Source: Jimgerdemannia flammicorona (taxonomy: Eukaryota). From it: a stretch of 32,172 nt of DNA. Shown in pieces: positions 22,887-32,172 of this stretch (position 1 is its first letter; each line of letters starts with the position of its first letter). The position numbers and the translations under genes are program-made. The notes below the pieces were generated by a model. That model had not been told where the DNA came from. It saw only the letters and a program-made list of their open reading frames with translations, and did no database searches. The stretch lies in NCBI GenBank assembly GCA_003990765.1, contig RBNJ01000001.1, positions 62,001-94,172 of the forward strand, given 5' to 3'.

Positions 22887-23180
22887 TAATATCTCCATGA
22901 ATATTCATCCAAATTCAACGAAACAAAGTGTGTGGTATTCGCCTGATTAGGGGCTTTCTAGCAATATAGGTTTCATTGAAATTGGACAAGTATTTATGGA
23001 GGAAATTAACAAAATGTCCATAGGTCATAGTTGAGCCACATTCTGTAAAAGGTTTTGTTGAATTTCTCCACAAATACTAGTCCAGATTAAATGAAATCTA
23101 TACTGCTGGAAAGCCCTTAATCAGGCGAATACAGCACACTTTGTTTTGTTGAATTTAGATGAATATTCATAAAGATATTA
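22887..23180. mobile_element. MITE/foldback-like long inverted repeat
   Basis: Imperfect arms of ~128 bp (22887-23014 and 23053-23180) around a ~38-bp spacer. TA at both outer ends. Confidence 0.75.
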
Positions 23181-23222
23181 AGTGATTTATGTTGATTGTT
23201 TTGGTTAATTATATTTGAATTG

Positions 23223-23273
23223 ATTTGAATCTGATTCAAATTCCATGTGACTGGATTTGAATCAGATTCGAAT
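23223..23273. repeat. Pair of 19-bp palindromes forming a larger inverted repeat
   Basis: ATTTGAATCTGATTCAAAT (23223-23241) and ATTTGAATCAGATTCGAAT (23255-23273). Confidence 0.8.
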
Positions 23274-24096
23274 TACACTGACTCATTTGGAGCACTATAT
23301 ATAGCTATCTTTCACCATAGTGCTGTTACCTATAGAATATATACAGACAGTGAATCTGATGAAAGTAAAGATGATGCACTCCTTCTCCACCCCCCAACTC
23401 TATACCCAGCATATGAGACAGATGATGCTATTCTATAGAATAGTAACATAGTTCCAATGTATTATTACTTGAGTAAATAGGGAAAAGTAATCCAAGAACC
23501 ACTCTTCCTAGATGATTACTTTATCAGAGATAATATCATTGATAGTGATATCATCAAAGACTACCCAGATAGCATCTAAATCTATAAATAGCTTAGCAGT
23601 CATTAGTATAGTTAGATTAGCCTTATATAATATGACTATATACTGACTCAGTAGCTAGATAATCTCTTGATATATTAGTTCACACTTATACTATGTGACT
23701 ATATTTTAATTTAGCAAGACACTAAGTACTATATCTATATTTAGCATAGTCCAGATAGTATCTCATTAGTATAAATACCCCCTCTCTCAGACCTCAGAAA
23801 CTCAGACTCAAATAATTGAACTTCTGAACACTTTTCTACAATATCTCTTCACATAACTACTCCTAGTATAGTAATATTATAAATAGCAAATAAATCTATT
23901 TAATAACCCACAAATTACTCTTAAGTAAATCTGTACCACATTAGGTCCCACTTTTAACCATATTATGAAATTTTCTAATTAGGTATTATCTGCAGTAATA
24001 TGTCAATTCAACTAAGCTGGTCTTAGTTTCTTAAACCTCCTGAAACACTAAAAATCCTGAACATCTAAAAATAGTCTGAAAAAAGACTTTAAAGGA

Positions 24097-25048
24097 GATG
24101 TCAATCTAATTCCACTTCAAGATACTTTCTCACTCTGCTATAAACCTCTATAAGAATTTCTATAAGTTAGTATAAAACCTAATCTCTAAACTGAAATTTA
24201 TTCTGAATCATTTGACAATCTGAAGAGAATTGAATCTGATGTACAAGGACAATTTGACCTCTATATCTACAATAAGTGAGACAGACTTTATCTACAAAAA
24301 GAAGTACTCTAATTAAATCAACAGATAGACAAAACTCTATATACTGAACTTCTTGCTCTATACCCTATAAGTCAAGATGAAGAAGGTCTTATAGAAGCCT
24401 TCTTTACTCTTCTCAATAAGAGTTTTATTAGCTCTACAAACCCAAGTGACCTAGGACAACCAGCAGCTGTCTTTCTAGCCTTAGTTTCTCATAAAGCCCA
24501 AGTCTCTATAGCCAAGTAGCTCAACTCTACCAACTTTCACTGTACCAGGACTAAGACTGCCTTATACTACCACTTTCAGAATTGCAAGACCTGCTATATT
24601 CTTAAAGAAGAAGTAAAAGAAACTCTTCATCAACAACCTGATTCTGAACTAGAAGTAGGCCTGGCTATAGCCCTATCTGAAACCAAAACCAATACTGAAT
24701 CTGAACCAGCTTTTAAATTAAGCTCATCTGAAATCTGATATACAACTAATACTATCTACTTCAATATTAAGTAAATCCAATTACACAGAGACCAAAGTGA
24801 AGAGAAGAAGGAGTACATATCTTAGTGAATTTGATCCCAGATATACTACTGAAGGAGAAACACCCCTCTCAGGACAAAATACATCTACAAAATAACAGAT
24901 AGTTATCTATAAAGCCCTTACTCTAGATCAATAACAGTTACTCCAGTAACTTATACAGACTCAAAGAACACTATCACACTCTGCACTAGTATCTCAAGTT
25001 ATATCAGTAACATTACTACCAGTAGTCCAATTACCTCTAGTAAATAAT
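24097..25048 (+). pseudogene. Decayed pre-gag ORF of D
   Basis: Long protein-like frame with few stops, including FLALVSHKAQVSIAK*LNSTNFHCTRTKTALYYHFQNCKTC. Confidence 0.6.
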
Positions 25049-28000
25049 ATGGCAAACTAACAGATTCTAGACCTCACAGCCCAGATAGTCATAATGGCAA
25101 CAACTATTACTACCTTAGTCAAACAGACCCAACCAACAAAAAGTCTGAGCCTATCTACCTTCAATAATACTATATAGAAAGTCCAAAGTTTCATTAGTGT
25201 AGTTGATATCAATTTCAAAGCCAACCAATAGATCAATGAGCAAGTTGCTGACCACCTTCTGATAAATAATTAAGACCACACTCTAGAATAACTCTTTACT
25301 ACCACTATAGCTTATGTCTACTAAGTTGTTATATTCTTCTGAGGACCTGCTAAAGAATGGTGGTAAACTCTTTATAAAAAACCCCTCATATAGAATACCT
25401 GGCCTACAGTCATTGTCCAAAATGTAGCAAATAATACTTCTAGATATAGAGATCATCCTGCAGTCCCTGGACTCAAACAACTCATGATTGCTCAATATTA
25501 CAGTGAAACCTTGATTGCTGAATCCCAAGTTAAACTCCACAATCTCAAATTTGATATATATGGTAAGGAGGAATTTGAAACCTTCTATACAAAACTCAAG
25601 TAACTCCTGAACACTGTTGGCCTAGAATATATTGCTAATGATAAAGCATGAAATGGTACAAGAGCAGACTATTTATTTGATGTACTACCTGAATAGCTTA
25701 TAAGAAAAATCTGAGAACAAAGATGCTCAGTTGGTTGTGATCACTAATAATAGTGTCTGGCAAGAATCAAGACTATGATTAAGTGAATCCTAACAGCTGG
25801 ACAAATCCTGCCTCAAAGACAATTCAACAACAAGAAAAAAACTTAGACCAAAAAAGAAGAACTCAAGTATAAAACATTCCAAGCTCCCTCTATATCCACC
25901 TCTTGGACACCCTGAAATCCTGAACCCACCCAGTTTAGTACCTTCAAGAAACTCACTAAAGGAGAAAGAAATGAACTTTGAAGAAGCAGAGTATGCTTCT
26001 ATTGCTGAAAGACAGGACACATAGCCAGTGTCTGTCTCAACTGAAAACCATAAACAGTAATATGAACAACTGTTACTACTCTGTAGCACCTCAACAATCT
26101 GACTAGACTTTACTAAGCTAAGGCCTACTACTACAGCCCCAAGTAAAGAAAATCAAAAAGCAGCCAGATATGACCTATACATAGCCAAAGAAGCTATAGT
26201 CTCTAACTGAGAAGTTAAGTAAGTCTATATAGAGATTAGTATTCAAATTCCTGAAAGATATATTGGAAGAATATACTGTTATAGCAGTCTAGCATTGGAA
26301 GAACTCTCAGTAAAAGGAAGAGTCATTGATGAGAATTATATAGGTGAAAATTAATGTCCTCATCTAAAACCATAGTTGGATACCCTTTAAGATCTCTATT
26401 GGTTTCTGTATTACTCAAATCCTATTCAAGAAAATTGAATCAACTCTGATAGTCAAAGAAGTCCCTGAACTACTGCCTACTATCTGAGGATCTAGAGAAT
26501 TTGGCTCATCAAATAAGGCTCCAGCCCAACCCACTATGAATAAGGAAGAATAATTCTATAAGAAAATTGAAGATGAATTTGTACCAAGTAGCTGATGCTC
26601 CTATGGTATTAGAATGTACTCTTTCTGAATAATCAATAATTACTTCTCTTATGTCAATGAACTGGTCCAAAGATGAACTAATAGAAGAAAAGCTCCTATA
26701 ACTGAAATCACTACTATTGGATCAGACAAACTGCTTACACTCCAAGCTTTTATCAATAGAGCATCTGTCAAGATCATAATAGATAGTGGTACCTCAGGCA
26801 ACTTTATCAATGAAGAAACAGCTAACAGACTCAAGGTCCTGACCTCTCCAGTATAATAAATCCAAGCAGTTGCCATAGCTGATAGAACCTCACATATCAT
26901 TAACAAGGAAGTCTGCAACCTATCCTTCTAAATTGATGACTACTGAGTATATATTACACTCCAGATCATACTACTTCCTGATAATGAAATCATCCTTGGG
27001 ACCCTATGGTTAAAACAAGAGAACTTTATAATTGATTGGGTAAACCATTCTCTGACCATTAAGAAGAGATGCTACAATTTCAAATTATAAGGCAAAAAAG
27101 ACCCATTTAGTTCTAGTGACTCTGGCCCAAAGATCACTCACATCAATAAGCTATAACTCAAAAAACTAGCTAAAAAATACCCTCTCTTTGTTATCTCTAT
27201 CTGACCATCCAAAAGAGAACCTGAGAATCTCAAAGAAGACTTTTCTAAAGTTGACAGCCATATTAGACTCTTACTCTAGAAATTCTAAAACATATTCTCA
27301 AAGAAACTTCCAAAATGTCTATCACTTAAATAAGTAGTATATTATGCCATCAAGACTATTCTAGATACTAAGCCCACCTTTAAGTCAATCTACTATATGT
27401 TGTTTAGAGAAATTGATATACTCAAAAAAGAAATCAATGAACTCCAAGAATAAGGATTCATTAGACCTAGTATATTATTATATAGTACACCAGTTCTCTT
27501 TATTGTCAAGAAAGGAGGAGACCTATAAATGTATATAAACTACTATGATCTTAATGAGCAAACTATCAAGAACTGCTGCCCACTACTCTGAATTGATAAA
27601 ATATTTGATAGGCTTACCAATCTACAGTTTATGAGCTCTTTTGACCTATAAAATGATTACTAGCAAATTGCTATAAAAGAAGAAGATATCTACAAGACTG
27701 CCTTCTGAACTTACTATGGATATTTTGAGTTCTTGATTATGCCTTTTGGCTTAACTAATATCCCTACAATCTTCCAGATACTAATGAATACTATCCTATA
27801 TCTATATCTAGACAAATTTATTATTGTCTATATTGATAACATTCTAGTCTTTAGCAAAACCCTGGAGGAATATCTTAAATACCTTAAACTAGTACTATTG
27901 AAGCTTCATGAAAACTGACTCTTTGTAAAACTCAGCAAATGTGAATTCCTCCTGAAGGAAATTCAATTTCTTGGACATATTGTTATAATGGAATCAAAGT

Positions 28001-28861
28001 AGCCCCTAGCAAAATCTTTACAATTAAGGATTGGCCCAGACCCAAGAAGCTGAAAGATCTTCAGTCATTCCTGAGACTAATAAACTATTATCAATAATTT
28101 GTTGTAAACTTTGCCAAGATTGCTACTGCCCTCACTCAAATGGCCAAGTATAGTAAAAAAGAAGAATAGTCTTAGACTGTAAAATAAAAAAAAGACTTCA
28201 ACAATCTTGTAAATTGGAGATCTGAACAAGACATAGCCTTTTAAATACTGAAAGATGTCTTGATAATCACTTCAGTACTTCAAGCAGCAAACTCTGCCCT
28301 ATCTTATGAAGTTACTACTGATGCCTCTGACCTAGCTCTTGAAACAGTACTCATGCAAGAAGAACACCATGTGGTCTATCATTCTTATAAGTTCAATGAT
28401 ATTGAAATCAACTATATGACCCATAATAAGAAGATGTTAGCTATTGTAGACACTCTGATCAAATAGCAACCATATCTGGAAGAAGTACACTTTATCATAT
28501 TGATAGACCACAAATTATTAGTCAATATTAAGAACCAGGCTACTCTTTTCTGAAAGTAAGTCAGGTGGATAAAGGTTCTCACCAACTTCAACTATGAAAT
28601 CCAGTATTGTCCTAATAAGGAGAATATTGTTGCCAATGCAATTTCTAGACCACTAATTAAAAAGATTATCCAAACTCTCACCTTGGTTACCAACTCCATC
28701 ATAGAATAAATTATTACAGTATATACTAATGATAAAGAAGCTCAAGTACTCTAAGAAATCCTGAACAGTGATAATATTGATAAGTATACTGTGACAGTAC
28801 AGCCAAATTTGGAAGAAGGAAATAGGGAATAGACACTTGATCACACCCAGTCCCAAAGTAG
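25049..28861 (+). pseudogene. gag-pol: gag-pol of D (gag, PR, RT, RNase H)
   Basis: Motifs as listed for element D, with dense stop codons. Confidence 0.85.
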
Positions 28862-29234
28862 TATAGCCTTATAGTTAGCAGTCCTCGATTTCAACATTAT
28901 CTAAATTCTTAGACATTGTCTAAATCTTTAGACATTATCCAAATCGAACATCCTGATTTAGTATAGCATTTAGACATTGTCTAAATGACTCATTTATTAC
29001 TTAGCCACCCTCTCATAGCTAGCAAACTTGTATAAATAACCCAGTATCTTGGAGTGAATAAACCTCAGATCGAAAGTGTTAGAAAAAGAACAAGTAACCG
29101 ATAAAGGGACTTTTGGGATTACCTCTTAAACACATTTGGCCTCAAGGAACTACTGACTCTGGAAGTCAAGAAGACAAGAATTCAAGATAAAGAAATCTGA
29201 TATACTTGCCCATCTTAGCATCTGCTATGTTACA
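28862..29234 (+). repeat. 5' LTR of E (~373 bp; start approximate)
   Basis: Ends TATGTTACA before the PBS. TATAAATA and AATAAA present. Repeated palindrome TTTAGACATTGTCTAAA and ATGACTCAT at 28985. Confidence 0.75.
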
Positions 29235-29333
29235 ACTTGGTATCCATTGGCTGGTAATTCAAGATGAATCCCTCACTTTCAAGCTGAACAACAAACAACT
29301 ACAACCAGAATGCACAGAACACAATCAGACAGA

Positions 29334-31927
29334 ATGGATATGAGACCCCATGTATTCTATGGATATACGTCCGATGAATCAATCATTACCTTCATTGATG
29401 ATTTCGAGCAGTATGTCACTGTAAGGACCTTAAGTGCAGCACAACAAGTAGTCCTACTCCCTGTAAGCCTCTGAGGCCCAGCAAGAACCACGTTTACTGC
29501 AGCCAATGTACAAGCAGCCAATGATTCAGCAAGAATCATAGCTTTCAAGACCTGGCTCCAAGCAACCTACTATACAGATAAAATCAAACAAGCACTCAAA
29601 GATCAACTAAATACTATCTGCTAAGGAATGTCTGAAGACCTAAACACATTCTATACAAGAATCCGACATCAAATAGTCCTTGCTGACTACCCCAATGCAG
29701 TTCAAGACCAAGTGGCTGAGAATACCTTTATAAAAGGCATTCACCAAGAAATCGCTTTAGCTATTCGATCTACCCCAACACTACTGGACCTGGGACAGAA
29801 GGTTACCTATGCCCAAAGATACTGGACTGCCAGACACCCTCAAGGCCATACAATGGAAAGGATAACCAGAGTAAAAATTGAACAAGCACCAAGAGTCACC
29901 AATACAATCCCAGCTACCATAGTCAACCAGAATACACAACTGCAACCACAAGATCAGAGAAGGGTCGACCCAATGAAGGAACTGGCCAAACAGTTTGCAG
30001 AAATGACTGCATATCTCAGCGATGTAGTCAAAGAGTTCAAGAAGAAGCCAGTATAGAAGTTTGCTGCTATAAATGCAAGATGATCAATAACATACTATAA
30101 CTGTGGAGAAGAAGGCCACTATGCCTCTGAATGTATGATAGAAACCAAGTGAAAGGCCAATCCAAGCAATGCAACCAGGAACCGCAAACAAGCAAACACT
30201 ATCACCTTCAAGGAGATTGGAGAATCTGAGGAAGAGAGGGAGGAATGGGAAGCTTACCCTGCCACCTTAAGCAAGAAGGATGTCCGATCCAGTCCCTACA
30301 AAAGACCTCCAGGCAGACCTCCTAAGAAGGCCCAGATACAAACAAGACAACCAGAAACAGTCATCGAAAAAGAGAACCAGCAGAGCAAAGCTGATCAAGA
30401 TATAGAGCTAGAACAAGATGCTGAACTTGAATGAGCAGTAGAAGATATCATCAGAAACACCACCCCATCAAGTAAAGGGAAGAAGGAGCAGAAATTGCAC
30501 AAGAGCAAGACCTTCAAGTATGATATCTTCAAGAACCTCAAGGACCAAAAGGTCAATGCAACCTTCGGCCAACTAGCAGAAATCCCAACCTTCAGACAAC
30601 AAATGAGGACAGGAATCTCAGATATTGGCAAAGACCAAGGTTACAGAATAATCGAAGCCAACAATGCACAAGAAGATTCAGATGAAGAGAGTGAAGATAA
30701 CCGGAAAACATCAGCCTATGCTACCTGCCAGATCGAGGACTGGGTCTTTGAAGCCATCATTGATATAGGAGCAGGAGGATGTCTCATCACCAAGAAAGCA
30801 GTAGACTATCTAGGCTGGGAGATAGAAGAAGCCACCAAACTGGTATTCATCACAGCTGATGGAATATGAGCAACACCCTTGGGAAAGATCTGAGATGTAC
30901 CAATCAAGTTCGGAGAAGCCACTATCCCTGTAGATGTCATTGTCACTAATGTAACTAACTACGATATCCTCATCAGCAACCAGTGGCTTCACAAAGCCAA
31001 GGCCATGATCAACCTCAGTATACAGAAGATGCAGATCATCTACCAGAGAAAGAAGATCAGAATTTCCATCAATGTCCACAAAGGAGTCTGCCCTGAGATA
31101 GAGGAAGACCAAAAAGAAGAAGCCTATATGGTTACTATGAAGAAAGGAAAAGGCAAGCAATTGACAGAGGAAGAATGGTATACAAGAATCGCAGACAGAT
31201 ATGCCCCACTAGGAAGGTGCCCCATGGTGAAAGAATGTACTGTGCCTAGCACTTGGATCACTGCTACTCTTGTATCATTGAGGTGAAGAAGATCACCAAC
31301 AAGCCAAAGAAGAACCAGGAGGAACCAGAAGATGGACCACCAGAACTATTGGATGACAGTGATGATGAAGAAGACATCACAGTCAAGATATGAAGAATCC
31401 ACCCTGATGCAGTCATGCCACAATACAAATTAGAGAGTGCAGCAGGAATGGACCTATCCACCACAACACACACAATACTTGAACTGCAGACCACTACCAT
31501 TCTAGGAACAGGAATTGAAGTAACCATCCCACCAAACTATGTCAGAATCCTCAAGACAAGGAGCAGCTTGGCAAAGAGCAAAATATCAATAGAAGGAGGA
31601 GTTATTGATTCAGACTACACAGGAGAAATTCTCCTCCTTACCAGGAACCACAACCCAACCATTCCATTTGAAGTAAGGAAGAAGGATTGGCTGGCACAAA
31701 TGCTCATCCTACCTGTCCTTAATCCAAGAATCAAGGAGGTTGCGAACATTAGACAAACTCAGTGAGGAAGGGCTGAATTCGGCTCTACAGGAAGAGGAGT
31801 CCTTGCAGTAACTAAGATCACTGAATTGGAGCACAAGAAGGAGGAAAGCCAAGACAAACACACCTACACAATTGGAAGAAACTTCCCCCTCAGGGAAGAA
31901 TTGCAGAGCCTCTTACATACCTTCGAG
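29334..31927 (+). pseudogene. gag-pol: gag-pol of E (partial)
   Basis: MDMRPHVFYGYTSDESIITFIDDFEQY matches the start of A gag. Knuckle YYNCGEEGHYASEC and a protease motif follow. Confidence 0.88.
31375..31790 (+). pseudogene. dut: dUTPase domain of E
   Basis: SAAGMDL, RSSLA, GVIDSDYTGEI, LAQMLI and FGSTG. Confidence 0.92.
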
Positions 31928-31962
31928 TAGTGCATCGCAACCCGAGCCGACCCGTGTACATA

Positions 31963-32172
31963 TTTAACCCGACCCGGAATTATACGTCACCCGTCTTTAA
32001 CCCGACCCGGAATTATACGTCACCCGTCTTTAACCCGACCCGGAATAATACGTCACCCGTCTTTAACCCGACCCGGAATAATACGTCACCCGTCTTTAAC
32101 CCGACCCGGAATTATACGTCACCCATCTTTAACCCGACCTGGAAACGTACGTCACCCGTCTTTAACCCGACC
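31963..32172. repeat. 33-bp CpG-rich tandem array (6 full units plus a partial unit, runs off the window)
   Basis: Unit TTTAACCCGACCCGGAATTATACGTCACCCGTC at 31963, 31996, 32029, 32062, 32095, 32128 and 32161. Confidence 0.95.

Larger units (their letters stand above)
23300..28861 (+). mobile_element. Decayed Ty3/Gypsy element D (related to B), interrupted at the start of integrase by E; LTR boundaries uncertain (~23300-23881)
   Basis: TATAAATACCCC at ~23770. gag ATG at 25049, knuckle CFYC*KTGHIASVC (25994-26035), IIDSGTSGNFI, MPFGLTN, VYIDNILVFS, VTTDASD. Confidence 0.85.
28862..31927 (+). mobile_element. Ty3/Gypsy element E (relative of A): LTR, PBS, gag, PR, Cys/His finger, dUTPase; interrupted before RT
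   Basis: The ~55 nt after the LTR end are nearly identical to A. Protein-level co-linearity with A, e.g. AQRYWTARHP, ATFGQLAE and AIIDIGAGGC. Confidence 0.92.

Noticed and set aside
23294-23308. Possible LINE TSD matching 1975-1989 (14/15 nt)
   Set aside because: Low-complexity AT-rich match, not flush with the polyT. The flanks differ strongly in decay level.
31963-32172. CRISPR array or telomere
   Set aside because: Units are contiguous with no unique spacers and no cas genes. TAACCC occurs only once per 33 bp, not as a tandem telomeric tract.

Overview
This is eukaryotic DNA, most plausibly fungal (an inference), made almost entirely of nested, decayed transposable elements. I see no host genes, RNA genes or CRISPR arrays. 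Layout from left to right: (1) the 3' end of a plus-strand Ty3/Gypsy copy (B2, LTR 139-904) inserted in the gag of an older minus-strand element C; (2) a minus-strand L1/Tx1-like LINE (1993-2490 plus 20762-~22860), split by a full-length minus-strand chromovirus B (2491-20761, TSD AAAAG); (3) inside B's gag, a full-length plus-strand dUTPase-carrying Ty3/Gypsy A (9190-18379, TSD ATAT), whose dUTPase is split by a 301-bp LINE fragment; (4) a MITE-like palindrome; (5) a plus-strand Ty3/Gypsy D, interrupted by E (a relative of A), which is in turn interrupted by a CpG-rich 33-bp tandem array. Nearly everything shows heavy C>T decay at CpG and CpA. The main finding is an uncharacterised ~270-280 aa accessory protein encoded as a TATA-ORF cassette inside BOTH LTRs of A. 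A clear decayed homologue lies between pol and the PPT of the distantly related chromovirus B, and the cassette is absent from the short LTR of A's relative E. Other notable items are a pre-gag domain conserved between B and D, and a Cys/His finger plus dUTPase module in pol of A and E. All alignments were done by eye and no searches were run.
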